64,000 nt of DNA, from assembly GCA_964406665.1 (NCBI GenBank), contig CAYOSQ010000010.1:2870-66869 (forward strand), in the 5' to 3' direction. How positions within the stretch are numbered: the first letter of the stretch is position 1; each line of letters starts with the position of its first letter. Both the position numbers and the translations under genes were made by a program. The DNA comes from an uncultured Planctomycetia bacterium (GTDB lineage Bacteria; Omnitrophota; Gorgyraeia; VGKH01; JBHPFN01). Positions 1 to 10,174 of the stretch are shown here, piece after piece. The notes below the pieces were generated by a model. It did not search any database, was not told the DNA's origin, and saw only the letters and a program-made list of their open reading frames with translations.

Positions 1-844
1 TGAATGGAAGCGACAATTTCTTGAAAGTCAACTTTCTAAATGGTACTTTGTCAAAACATAAGCCGCCATAAATAATATCATGAAAATTATTCATTAAATT
101 TAATGTTTCAATCAATGTTTTGTACCATCTGAATTTTTTTGCCTGTTTAAAAATTGCATCAAAATTAACAGCAGGAATAAGATTAAACAGATATATTAGC
201 TCTGAAAAAGTCATGTGCAGCGGTTCAAAATTCATATGGGCAAGATGGATTAAGAAATCAGCACTCGCATTTGGAATTACAATCTCTTTTCCAAAGAAAA
301 TTACTTTTCTCGGGTTAGAAATGATAAAATCCTCATTCATAAAATAGGTCCAAGCCCAAGTAATAGAACTTTGTAGATGAATCTTTGCCTGATCTTGCTT
401 TAACAAACCAACCGACTTTTCTTTTTTATCGTAGTTTTCAATTTCGTATCCCATAGAAACAAAAGAAGACATCGCAGAATCAAAATCATTTACCAAAACA
501 TCTATATCGCTAGGGATTCTTTCAAAGCCTCTATATGTTTTAAAAATTATACCCTCATTAACATGTTCATTTATCTCATCAATGCTTTTGCGCATTGCAG
601 TTATTTTTAATTTAGCGTCAGAAATTATTTTCTCAAATCTGTCTTTTTTGGCAAAAGATGATTCTGCCTTGGCAGAAATCTTTTTCATAACATAAAATAA
701 AATATTATTGCGTGAAGCACTATCAACAAATTTATCAACATCTACTTCAGAAATATCAATATCACTCGCTGAAGATTTTCTATATAAATCTTCAGTAAGC
801 TTTACAATTAACTGTGTTTCTTTATTTAGCTTATTCACAATCAT
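1..844 (-). CDS. Nucleotidyltransferase-family protein (NTP_transf_5-like), C-terminus cut by window edge; not in the ORF track because no stop lies in the window
   Basis: Reverse-strand ATG at 842-844 opens a frame that runs off the window start with no stop. Translation MIVNKLNKETQ...IIFKTYRGFERIPSDIDVLVNDFDSAMSSFVSMGYE...LIHLAHMNFEPL resembles the uncharacterised nucleotidyltransferase family (conserved D-x-D-hhV then a hLHhxxH motif). The stop is 3 nt from the next gene start, giving an operon fit. Confidence 0.45.
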   Translation of the reverse strand, partial: MIVNKLNKETQLIVKLTEDLYRKSSASDIDISEVDVDKFVDSASRNNILFYVMKKISAKAESSFAKKDRFEKIISDAKLKITAMRKSIDEINEHVNEGIIFKTYRGFERIPSDIDVLVNDFDSAMSSFVSMGYEIENYDKKEKSVGLLKQDQAKIHLQSSITWAWTYFMNEDFIISNPRKVIFFGKEIVIPNASADFLIHLAHMNFEPLHMTFSELIYLFNLIPAVNFDAIFKQAKKFRWYKTLIETLNLMNNFHDIIYGGLCFDKVPFRKLTFKKLSLPF

Positions 845-847
845 TTT

Positions 848-1822
848 CTATTCAAAAAACCCTATGTTCTTATTTTGCTTTATTAATTTTTTGTAAGAAT
901 CAACTTGCCTAGAAATCTTAAGGCCATCTTTTATACCTTTCAACATTGTAGAGATTTTTTTGGGATAAGTATTTTTATTGTATAAATTCTTAATAAGGTT
1001 TACACAAAATGGTATCATGACAGCAAACAGTTTTGATATAAAATACTGAAAGATATTCTTACTCCAAAGAGCCTGAGCAATAATAATACTTCTAGTACCA
1101 TAATAATAAATTTCATATTTATTTGCTAGAGACCCTGTAGATCTATCGTGCCAAACTTCTGCTGAAGGTAAACAAAAATTCTTATAACCTAAAAATCTTA
1201 ATCTCATACAGAAATCTAGCTCTTCATGAAAAAATGGAAATAATTCTGAATTAAAATACCCTGCTTGTTGAATAACTTTTTTTCGTATCATAAAACTAGT
1301 CAACAAACAATCGCACTCAATTATACTTTCCCTTATCTCTACGGCTTGCCTACCCTTATAAGGAAAAGCAGCTATACCGGTCCAAATATTCATTCTTGCT
1401 CCAGCAGACCAAACTTTACCATGGTCATTATGTTCACATATCAAAGGACCTAAAGCTCCCGTGTTTCTGTTTTCTTGGAAATATTTAACTAGCTCAGGCA
1501 AAGTATCACTATCTAAATATACGTCATCATCGACAAAAAATATATACTCCCCCTTCGATTGCTTAATTCCTCTATTGCGTGATTTAGAAACAAGCTCTGA
1601 TTTGCTATTTCCTAATAGCATAAGATTGTTATAATTTCCGTACTTATCTTTTACTACTTCTGAGGTATTATCAGTAGAGGCATCGTCAATGATAATAATT
1701 TCCATCCTGCTCTTATCATAATAAGACTTTTCAATTGAGCTTATCAGGCGAAGCAACTTCTCTACCCTGTTGTGAGTTGGAATAATAAAACTAATGAAAG
1801 GTAATGTTTTAACAGTTTCCAT
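848..1822 (-). CDS. Family 2 glycosyltransferase
   Basis: N-terminal FISFIIPTHNR...EIIIIDDASTDNT and DXD-like FFVDDDV, a classic GT-A/GT2 signature. Confidence 0.8.
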   Translation of the reverse strand: METVKTLPFISFIIPTHNRVEKLLRLISSIEKSYYDKSRMEIIIIDDASTDNTSEVVKDKYGNYNNLMLLGNSKSELVSKSRNRGIKQSKGEYIFFVDDDVYLDSDTLPELVKYFQENRNTGALGPLICEHNDHGKVWSAGARMNIWTGIAAFPYKGRQAVEIRESIIECDCLLTSFMIRKKVIQQAGYFNSELFPFFHEELDFCMRLRFLGYKNFCLPSAEVWHDRSTGSLANKYEIYYYGTRSIIIAQALWSKNIFQYFISKLFAVMIPFCVNLIKNLYNKNTYPKKISTMLKGIKDGLKISRQVDSYKKLIKQNKNIGFFE

Positions 1823-1823
1823 A

Positions 1824-3056
1824 TTACTTTGACATCTTCTCTAAAGTATTACTATAAATATTCTCCCAAGAATGTTTTCTTGCTTTATCTATTACTTTTA
1901 ATCTGATACTCTTAAATAATATTTTATCTTTTAAAAGAGTTAAACAATGTTCAGCAATATTTTTTGCATCAAAATCTACCACGAATCCTAAGTTTTCTTT
2001 ATTAATCTCCTCAGAAAGAGGAACTGCGCTTGTAGTTATAACGGGTAAACCACAAGCAATATAATTTCTTATTTTGATGACATCGCTGTAAAGTTTTTTG
2101 GAAAAGGGAACCGGCTTATATGGAGCAACAGCAACATGAGATTTAACCAACAGTTTATCTACCTCCTCTTGATTATTAAAATGACCGGCGATAATTACAT
2201 TATTTAATCCGTATTCATTAATTTTTTGTTGCATTTCTTCAAAACAATCTCCGTCACCAACGATGACTAACTTAAAATCTCCAGAGCTTTTGGCTATCTC
2301 TCTAGCAATATCAGGTAGCAACATTGCACCATTTTCTTCTGATATATATCCTGAGTAAACAATTGTATTTGGATTCTCAGCAATTTCATCATTTACCAAA
2401 TTTTCTCTAAATGGCATCCCATAAGGAACGGTAATTTGCCTGCCCATTCTTCTTTCACTAAACTTTAAATTCTGAATTCGTGCATTAGCAATACTATTTG
2501 AAATATTCCAAATATAATTAGAATGATAACAAGCAAACTTATCGAAAAATAAATATATCGAATTAAAAATAGGATTTAAAAACCACTTTATTGACCAATC
2601 AAAGATATAATAAACGACATTCTCGATCTTAAGATAGTTTCTAACCCAGCTCCCAGCAACCGCATTTACTGATTCAACTCCAAAATAAATACATATTGGT
2701 TCATCCTTTACAAAACGTCTGATAATTTTTGAAAAATACAATACGCTGACAAAATCTCTTATCTTAAGCCTCAAAGAAGTTTTGTTCATTCTTAACCTAA
2801 CTGGAATATTGAAAATAAAGTTATTAAAATAAAATTTTTCTTTTAAGACACCATTTTTATATATAAATAAAAATGGCGATAAAGAATCTTTCACATATGG
2901 CGGAGGTTGACCGATTAAGAAAAAATAATTAATCTTTTTAGAAAAATAATTAAGCAAAGGAAGCGTTGGTCCACTTCTTAGATTAAACTCACCATCTACA
3001 AGATGTGCGTGAGTAGCCAGAATCACATTTTTATCTTTAAGATTTTCTATATCCAT
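1824..3056 (-). CDS. Family 1 (GT4-like) glycosyltransferase
   Basis: C-terminal GT-B donor-binding region (EEVDKLL...VAVAPY...ACGLPVITT). Overlaps the upstream gene by 10 nt. Confidence 0.65.
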   Translation of the reverse strand: MDIENLKDKNVILATHAHLVDGEFNLRSGPTLPLLNYFSKKINYFFLIGQPPPYVKDSLSPFLFIYKNGVLKEKFYFNNFIFNIPVRLRMNKTSLRLKIRDFVSVLYFSKIIRRFVKDEPICIYFGVESVNAVAGSWVRNYLKIENVVYYIFDWSIKWFLNPIFNSIYLFFDKFACYHSNYIWNISNSIANARIQNLKFSERRMGRQITVPYGMPFRENLVNDEIAENPNTIVYSGYISEENGAMLLPDIAREIAKSSGDFKLVIVGDGDCFEEMQQKINEYGLNNVIIAGHFNNQEEVDKLLVKSHVAVAPYKPVPFSKKLYSDVIKIRNYIACGLPVITTSAVPLSEEINKENLGFVVDFDAKNIAEHCLTLLKDKILFKSIRLKVIDKARKHSWENIYSNTLEKMSK

Positions 3057-4015
3057 AACTTATGATGCAATTTAATGCTTTCTATGCTTTTATCAGTGCT
3101 TGATGAACGCAATATGTAGAACTTTGTCTTTTTAAATAAAGACAATAAGATTTCTCTCTGAGCTTTCTGTGTCCCTAAAAATGAATATCCGTCTTCCACA
3201 TAAGGAACGAATGACAATAATCTTTCATTAAAATAAGGAACTATTTTATTATTGATTACACATAATTTTTCAACACCTATTTCTGCATTAACTTCCTCAA
3301 TACAATTTGATGAAGACTGCTCTAGAAAATAAACATCAGGATACCCTTTAAATTTTTCTGAAATTCTGTCTTTATATTCTTCAGCCGGATCCAAGAATTT
3401 ATGAATACTCACTGATGCTAAATTATACTTTCTTATTTTTATCATTGAAGGAAAATTATAAATTTGGTCTCCAGAAATAATCATTAAATCATCACAGATA
3501 AACTGGCAGTCAGTATTATCCATCAACGAAAGAATAGTTGTGGTCTTACCAGAACCATAAGTACCCGTTAAAATAATTCCCTTGTCTTTTGAAACCACCA
3601 TTCCACCAGCAACAAACATACATTTTTTAGCCAAAAGCTTCATCTGCATAATCATCTTAACTAAGGGTTCTAGTTGATAAACAGATGAAACTGGGACTTT
3701 AAAAACATGTTGGGAAATAAATTTATATGAACTACTAAATTCAAATTGCGTATTTTCCTGTAAAAGATTCTTAATTGACCAAGAAACTCTCAATCCTAGA
3801 ATATTCAAGTTCGAAACAATCTCGTTAGCATCCTTAGAATAATAGAGTCCATGAGCAATCTGTTGAAACTTAGATTTATCAATACGCTTATAGGGAACTT
3901 CTTTTATTATTAAATTATATTTACTCAAATCTTCTTCTTTTCTGAAATAATTTAGACGCAAATCAATATCCGATTTTACTGTTAAAAAGTTATGAATATT
4001 ATAAATATAGCTCAT
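3047..4015 (-). CDS. HprK-related P-loop kinase-like protein (HPr kinase C-terminal-domain fold)
   Basis: VAGGMVVSKDKGIILTGTYGSGKTTTILSLMDNTDCQFICDDLMII parallels the HprK C-domain pattern hVxhxGxGVLIxGxSGxGKSExALxLIxRGHxLVADD. No other domain recognised. Confidence 0.45.
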   Translation of the reverse strand: MSYIYNIHNFLTVKSDIDLRLNYFRKEEDLSKYNLIIKEVPYKRIDKSKFQQIAHGLYYSKDANEIVSNLNILGLRVSWSIKNLLQENTQFEFSSSYKFISQHVFKVPVSSVYQLEPLVKMIMQMKLLAKKCMFVAGGMVVSKDKGIILTGTYGSGKTTTILSLMDNTDCQFICDDLMIISGDQIYNFPSMIKIRKYNLASVSIHKFLDPAEEYKDRISEKFKGYPDVYFLEQSSSNCIEEVNAEIGVEKLCVINNKIVPYFNERLLSFVPYVEDGYSFLGTQKAQREILLSLFKKTKFYILRSSSTDKSIESIKLHHKLWI

Positions 4016-4025
4016 TGACTTCCTT

Positions 4026-5525
4026 TCATAAATGTATCAATGCCCTAATCGGCTCTAAAACTGTACTCCAGCCATAATTTTTCAGCAGCAAAAAATTTCT
4101 TTTCATAAATCTTAATAGCCATACAGGATCAATAACTTTATGAAGAACCATAGATTTTATTGCTTTTTTCCGAAATGCCTCGATTTCATCTGCCTTTAGC
4201 CCTTCTCCATCAAAGGCGCAGGTTAAAGTACCATCAAACGCATCCCAATCTTCTTTCTTAAGACTGCCACGCTCAATTAATTTTTTATAATATCTCGTTC
4301 CAGGAAAAGGTGTGGTAATCGAAGTCTGAGCAGTATCAAACTTTATTCTATTAGCAAGTCGTAAGGTTTCTTCCATGGTTTCTTTAGTTTCACCATCAAG
4401 CCCAAATGAAAAGGTTGCATGAGTTAATATTCCATACTTCCTGCACCAATTAGCTACATCAACCGCCTTTTCAGGATTAAGCGGCTTTCCAATATTCTTT
4501 AAAATCTGTTTATTGCCGCTTTCCACCCCAAACTTCATAAATATACATCCAGCTTCTGCCATAGATTTTATCATCTCTTCATCACAAGCCATGGCATCAC
4601 CCATGCAAGACCATTTAATCTTAAGGCCTCTTTTATTTATTTCATTACAAATTTCTAAAACATGATTCTTATTAATGCAAAAATCGTCATCATCAAAATA
4701 TATCTCTTTAGCGCCATAATTTTTTATTACGTGCTCCATTTCATCAACAACACGCTTTGGTTCAAACATCCTGTAGGGGCCGTTGTCATACATAATTTGA
4801 TTCCACATACAAAAATCACATTGAAAAGGACATCCTCTTGAAGAATGCAATGTCACTGCAGGCCAATATGTACAAATTCCATCGCGATAAATTGCAAGAT
4901 CCGGGCCATCGTTTATAGGAAACAAATCAAAAGCAGGGTATGGTAAAGAATTAATATCTACAATAAATCCTTTTTTCTCAGAAACCCAAACTTCTTTTGT
5001 TGTCCTATAGCCTAAACCTTGAAGCTTCAAATCTTTTTTATTTGATTGAAGCCTTTTAACCAATTCTAGAACAGTAAATTCATATTCACCTAAAGCAACA
5101 AAGTCTATAAAATCGTTAGCTGAAATCAATTCACTGGCAAATTCGGTAGCATGTGCCCCAGAAAGCAATATATAAGAATTTGGCAATGCATCTTTTATCT
5201 TTTTACAAAGTGATAAATCATGATTTATTGCATGCGTTGCAGTTTCAATAACAATTAGATCAGGAGATACTTCTTTTACTCTATTTAAAAAATCATCCTC
5301 CTGCATATCTAAGGCAACGCCGTCAATCACAGAAACACCAAAACCAGCATCTCGTAAAATATTTGCAGCATATGCAAGAAAGAATGGAAAAAAACAATTA
5401 GTGTTCTTGTCTTTTTTATTCTTTACACAGGACCACGGCCAACGACTACCAGCTTTAATAAAATAGCGTTCTCGCTTCTTGTCAATTGATACTCTTGTAG
5501 CTGGATTAGTCAATAATATTTTCAT
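4026..5525 (-). CDS. B12-binding domain radical SAM enzyme (class B rSAM), paralog 1
   Basis: N-terminal Rossmann-like B12-binding region, then SSRGCPFQCDFCMW (CX3CX2C). Confidence 0.85.
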   Translation of the reverse strand: MKILLTNPATRVSIDKKRERYFIKAGSRWPWSCVKNKKDKNTNCFFPFFLAYAANILRDAGFGVSVIDGVALDMQEDDFLNRVKEVSPDLIVIETATHAINHDLSLCKKIKDALPNSYILLSGAHATEFASELISANDFIDFVALGEYEFTVLELVKRLQSNKKDLKLQGLGYRTTKEVWVSEKKGFIVDINSLPYPAFDLFPINDGPDLAIYRDGICTYWPAVTLHSSRGCPFQCDFCMWNQIMYDNGPYRMFEPKRVVDEMEHVIKNYGAKEIYFDDDDFCINKNHVLEICNEINKRGLKIKWSCMGDAMACDEEMIKSMAEAGCIFMKFGVESGNKQILKNIGKPLNPEKAVDVANWCRKYGILTHATFSFGLDGETKETMEETLRLANRIKFDTAQTSITTPFPGTRYYKKLIERGSLKKEDWDAFDGTLTCAFDGEGLKADEIEAFRKKAIKSMVLHKVIDPVWLLRFMKRNFLLLKNYGWSTVLEPIRALIHL

Positions 5526-5538
5526 ATACGATTTACTC

Positions 5539-7257
5539 TTATTTGATGTTCGGATCTAGTGATTCAGCTATAACCTGATAAACTTCAATATCATCGAATT
5601 TCCTAACAAATCTTAAGCCATTATTAACGGAAATTCCTTCAATCTTCTTTCCTTCTTCAATGTCATCATTATCTTTATACCATTTAACATTAAGCAAAAC
5701 AAAATCAGCTCCTAACCAACTTAAAATACCTGCAGAATCTTCATCTCCTAAATTCTCTATTTTGTGCAGTATTTTATTTGCCCTACTTCCCGGGACAGTT
5801 CCATTAACCATCCTTTTCTGATGAATTGTTTGATAAAAATTATACTTTGCATTTTGCCCATCTAAGTCCAGTGGATATTGAGCGATAACTATTTCTTCTG
5901 GTTGAACCTTAACCCAATCGTAAACCTTAGGATACTGAGTAAGATCAATAACTTTAGAAGGTGGATAATTCATGAATTCGAAAAGGACTAATAAAACAAA
6001 TAAAATAGTTGTAGAAATTTTCAGCTTATCAGCCTTCAATCTTTCTAAAATAAACTTCATCCCAAACCCTACCAACATTGCAAGAGAAAACATTACAACT
6101 ACTCCAAAGCGACAATATGCTCTAAACATTGGCAGTATTTTATACATAAAATAACTTGGCATAAAAATTCTAAACGGCCCCCATCTCCACCAAGGAGGTT
6201 GAGAAAAAAACCAAGCTGCAATACTTAAAATAACAAAAAAACCAATATAAAATCTTTCCTGTTCAGAAAAGCCTTGTTTTTTCTTCCATAAACTAAAAGT
6301 CAAAACCCCTAAAACCAATGGAACCCATCCTAAATACAGTGCGTGTTCAATTAAGCTCTTCCCATAAAAAGAAGAACCGGCAAATTTCTCAGTAAAAGAC
6401 CCAAATAAAGGATGATAAACAGTTGGCAAAAAGTAACTAAGAGGCCTTGCAGCCTGATTAAATAAATCATCAAAAGGACGATGATAAGGATTAAACGCCG
6501 AAGGAGAACTTCCAACATGAGAACCTGACGCAGAAACTATCTGTAAAATTTGAGGAATTAAAATAACAAAAGCTACTGATAGAAGAACAACCATACCACC
6601 TAAATACCTCTTATTTATCTTCCAATTCCCCATAAGATAAACAAGAAATATGCCCATTATAAAAGCAGAATAATAAGCAACGCCAAAATTAATCGAAGAG
6701 AAAGCAAAACAGGCAACAAAAATTACTTTCAAATAAAGTTTATTTTCTTCTCTTAGTCGAAACCCACTCCATAACAAAAAAGGTATAGGCCATAAAAATG
6801 TTTCAGCCATAAGTTGCCAAGAGTGAACAATAATATAAGGACAAAAACCAAAAGTTATTCCGGCAACAATACTACTTAATTTATTCTTAGTAATATAATT
6901 AGCTAATAAATAAGTAAAAAAAGCAGTTAAAAAAATACTTCCTACAATTTGAATGTTGTAAGTAGCGATTGGAGAAAAAACAAGCGACAAAATAAAATTG
7001 GTAAATGTAAAAATAAAATTTATTGGTCTATTAGCATAAACATCAACACCAAAAGGATATCCCCAGAAAAAAGTGCTCTCTGCAGATATATTATTAGCAA
7101 AAGAAAACTTCAGCCACCAGGCACCCCAAATCGAAGAAAAAGGTTCATTACTAATAGAGCAACCAGCTATATGACTATTCATATTAAAGGCTAAAGGAAA
7201 AGTCACAATAGAAGTTAAAATCAAAAATAATAATATTATTAGTACATAGCGCTTCAT
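5539..7257 (-). CDS. Large polytopic membrane protein with C-terminal soluble domain (GT-C / YfhO-like architecture; candidate glycan transferase or polymerase)
   Basis: About 12 hydrophobic segments over ~420 aa followed by a ~150 aa hydrophilic C-terminal domain. No motif-level assignment. Confidence 0.35.
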   Translation of the reverse strand: MKRYVLIILLFLILTSIVTFPLAFNMNSHIAGCSISNEPFSSIWGAWWLKFSFANNISAESTFFWGYPFGVDVYANRPINFIFTFTNFILSLVFSPIATYNIQIVGSIFLTAFFTYLLANYITKNKLSSIVAGITFGFCPYIIVHSWQLMAETFLWPIPFLLWSGFRLREENKLYLKVIFVACFAFSSINFGVAYYSAFIMGIFLVYLMGNWKINKRYLGGMVVLLSVAFVILIPQILQIVSASGSHVGSSPSAFNPYHRPFDDLFNQAARPLSYFLPTVYHPLFGSFTEKFAGSSFYGKSLIEHALYLGWVPLVLGVLTFSLWKKKQGFSEQERFYIGFFVILSIAAWFFSQPPWWRWGPFRIFMPSYFMYKILPMFRAYCRFGVVVMFSLAMLVGFGMKFILERLKADKLKISTTILFVLLVLFEFMNYPPSKVIDLTQYPKVYDWVKVQPEEIVIAQYPLDLDGQNAKYNFYQTIHQKRMVNGTVPGSRANKILHKIENLGDEDSAGILSWLGADFVLLNVKWYKDNDDIEEGKKIEGISVNNGLRFVRKFDDIEVYQVIAESLDPNIK

Positions 7258-8321
7258 TGCTCGCTATTCCTCTCCTCTTTGACAAACTCAACAAACCTAA
7301 CCCCTATGCCGATTAATAAACAAAAATAAGCAACATTAGCAACTTGAACAGCAATAAAATCTAAGTTAAGTAAAAGTAATAATGCGGACAGCAAAAGAGA
7401 AACGATAAAGACAGAAAGACACTTTTCGAAAAGTTTTCTTGAATAAAACCACAGAGCTACAAAAATAATAATCTTATAGATCCTGGGAACATTAAATCTC
7501 CCAAGCAATGCCTCTCTTTCTTGACTATTCTCAAGTTTCTGCCGAATAAGCTTCTTTCCATTTTTTTTGAAAATTCTATACCAAATTACCACTTTGCTGT
7601 TTATTTCTCTCAATATAAATACGCTAAAAAGAAAAAATTGTGTCATACCTATTACAGATATACATAAAACAGAAAAATATCCTATGGAAATGACAACATG
7701 ATGTGGAGAGAATATTGAAAAAATATAAATCAATAACTCTAATAAAATACACATTGCAAGAGAACAAAAATATATAGATTTAATTTTTTTAAAGGAAAAT
7801 TGTAAATATTCTTTATTGAAATGTAAAATTAGTATCCAACTACCCAAAAATAAGCAAAGAACTATCACAACAATTGAAATTAATCGGATGACACCCAAGT
7901 GTCTCTTTTCAAAAATTGGGGATGAATCAAATAAAATATAAGCCCTTCCCGATTCTAGTTTGCCGTAATAGTTTCTAATTTTAATACTATAGTCACTTGC
8001 GCTGATAATATTTAAATAATTACTTCTTTTTTTAATATTTTCTGAAGACAACTCAAAATAAAGCTCCTTGCTTTCACCCCTATCTCGAGAATGAAAAGAC
8101 GATATTGGTTCATTATTAAAATAAACTGCTTCGGGCCATTCAAGTCCCCATATTTTCAACAAATAAGTATCCTTTTCAGGAAAATTAAGATTAACTCTCT
8201 TAACATCAAAATACTTTTCGTCAAAATCTTCAAATTTACCAATTACAATATTGCTTTGAAAAAACGTAAAAGTTAAGCTGAAAACTATAATTAGAAACAA
8301 TATTTTCTTCTGCACTAACAT
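7254..8321 (-). CDS. Hypothetical membrane protein
   Basis: Signal/TM segment at the N-terminus and 5-6 hydrophobic helices in the C-terminal half. Start and stop overlap the neighbouring genes. Confidence 0.35.
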   Translation of the reverse strand: MLVQKKILFLIIVFSLTFTFFQSNIVIGKFEDFDEKYFDVKRVNLNFPEKDTYLLKIWGLEWPEAVYFNNEPISSFHSRDRGESKELYFELSSENIKKRSNYLNIISASDYSIKIRNYYGKLESGRAYILFDSSPIFEKRHLGVIRLISIVVIVLCLFLGSWILILHFNKEYLQFSFKKIKSIYFCSLAMCILLELLIYIFSIFSPHHVVISIGYFSVLCISVIGMTQFFLFSVFILREINSKVVIWYRIFKKNGKKLIRQKLENSQEREALLGRFNVPRIYKIIIFVALWFYSRKLFEKCLSVFIVSLLLSALLLLLNLDFIAVQVANVAYFCLLIGIGVRFVEFVKEERNSEQ

Positions 8322-10174
8322 CTTTTCACCTTTTTATACACGAACCTCATTAACAAATACACTAGACTCACAACGAGTGCAACAATGGAAATTATAAAAC
8401 CAATGTAAAAATAACTTTGGGGAGAAAAATAAATCACTAGATTAAAATCTTTCTTTTCTCCTAGGCTAATCGGCTCCAAATACCATCCATTGGCATATCC
8501 ATTAACTTTATAATGAGGAGCGCTTATTTGCTTTCTGAATAAATAAGCAATATCTTGAAAAACAAATTTCAAAAACTGCTTAATCTCTTCCGAATGCAAA
8601 GAATTAGAATATCTTTGGGAAATCATTGCAGTTTCCGACAGATTTGAAGCATTATTTTGATAAGAATATAATCGCCATTGTTGATGAAAGCGCTCACCAA
8701 ACACTAACCAAAAAGGTTCAGTCGCTCCCCTAATTTTAACCAAATATTTAGTAGGGTTTATTCTTTTAAGAGAAATTTTTGCTCCATTGCTAATTATATT
8801 TTCTTTATTTTTTGAGAAACATTTAAAAGCAACAGAGTCGACATCAAATGTCTGATTCTCAAACTTTTTGAAAGTATGCTCTCCTTTGGATAACTCAATC
8901 TTCTTAGAAAGCTTATTTACTTCAAAAAGCTCATGTTTTTTAGGTTCGTTGAAATCATCAAGATAAAACATACTTCCATCAATTTCTATCAAAGGAAAAT
9001 TAATGTTTTTGACTAAAGAAAGAAATCTTTCTTTTTGATCTTTTGATAATAAAGGATATGCAAACTTAGTAAATAATTTCAATTTACTGATTCCGAGATT
9101 AAATCCATAATCTACAGGGTATCTAAAAGAAACAATCAAAAACTTTAAATCATTAATATTAGAAATAAGCTTAGGAATATCAAGTTCAATATATCCCGGA
9201 TCTCTTGTGTATTTCTCGGGCGAAAGTATAATAGTTTTATCAGAAAAGTCCCCTTTAACAACAATAGCCAAATCTATTTTTTGGACTTCAGGATTAGTTA
9301 AAGTATACTCAAAAGAAAATAGAGGAAAGTTTTTAACATCTTTATCTACTAAACTAATATAAACCTTTGTTCCTAAAAAACCACCTGGCTTAATGGTAAT
9401 GTCATCTTTCTTCTCAGTTACTTGACTATTTATTTCTTCATCTTCAAAAAATAAATCTTTCTTATGAAAAGTATTTTTTTCTAATATTAAAGAACGTTTG
9501 CTGTAAAAACTAATTTTTTCCAAGCTCGGGTTAGATTTTTGTCTTAGTTCATCGTTTTCAGGAATATTCTGTATCAAAAAAATTACCTCTCTAAGAATAT
9601 AGCTTTCAATTTTCCTCAAGTCTCTTCCTTCTTCTATAGCCATTTGCAGAATATCGACCTCACCAAAATCATCAATTCTTATATACCTATCTATTTTTTT
9701 ATCTCCAAGATAATCTATACCTAAAAAACAAGATACATATCCTCCGATAAATTCTTCTCCGAAAGAAAAGAAGGGAAATTCTTCAATATTTATCTCAACA
9801 TTGCGGCTTAACACTCCCGCTTTTCCATCCGGTAAATAAATTTCCAAACTATCTTTTGCTGGAATTAAAAACTCACCCTCTTCAGAAAATTCAGTAGTTT
9901 TTAATTGATTTATAATCTGATCATTGCTAAAGAAATAAGGATATAATTCTACGAATTCACTCAGGCGAGTAGTGCGAAAGCACCAATTAGGCAAATCATC
10001 ATCCCAGTTGAGAAATTTCTCTGCCCTCCAATATGTTTTAATCTCAGCTACTTTTGGAGTTAGTTTCAATTTTAGCTCATGTGCTTCTACACAATAAGAA
10101 AACAGTGTTAAAATTAAAACGCTAACAAATAAAATTATTACTTTTTTGTAAATCATTTTAAATATTTTCATCAT
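8315..10174 (-). CDS. Hypothetical exported protein with N-terminal signal peptide and C-terminal TM anchor
   Basis: MMKIFKMIYKKVIILFVSVLILTLFSYCVEA signal-like N-terminus. Long hydrophilic body. C-terminal IGFIISIVALVVSLVYLLM followed by basic residues. Confidence 0.35.
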   Translation of the reverse strand: MMKIFKMIYKKVIILFVSVLILTLFSYCVEAHELKLKLTPKVAEIKTYWRAEKFLNWDDDLPNWCFRTTRLSEFVELYPYFFSNDQIINQLKTTEFSEEGEFLIPAKDSLEIYLPDGKAGVLSRNVEINIEEFPFFSFGEEFIGGYVSCFLGIDYLGDKKIDRYIRIDDFGEVDILQMAIEEGRDLRKIESYILREVIFLIQNIPENDELRQKSNPSLEKISFYSKRSLILEKNTFHKKDLFFEDEEINSQVTEKKDDITIKPGGFLGTKVYISLVDKDVKNFPLFSFEYTLTNPEVQKIDLAIVVKGDFSDKTIILSPEKYTRDPGYIELDIPKLISNINDLKFLIVSFRYPVDYGFNLGISKLKLFTKFAYPLLSKDQKERFLSLVKNINFPLIEIDGSMFYLDDFNEPKKHELFEVNKLSKKIELSKGEHTFKKFENQTFDVDSVAFKCFSKNKENIISNGAKISLKRINPTKYLVKIRGATEPFWLVFGERFHQQWRLYSYQNNASNLSETAMISQRYSNSLHSEEIKQFLKFVFQDIAYLFRKQISAPHYKVNGYANGWYLEPISLGEKKDFNLVIYFSPQSYFYIGFIISIVALVVSLVYLLMRFVYKKVKRC

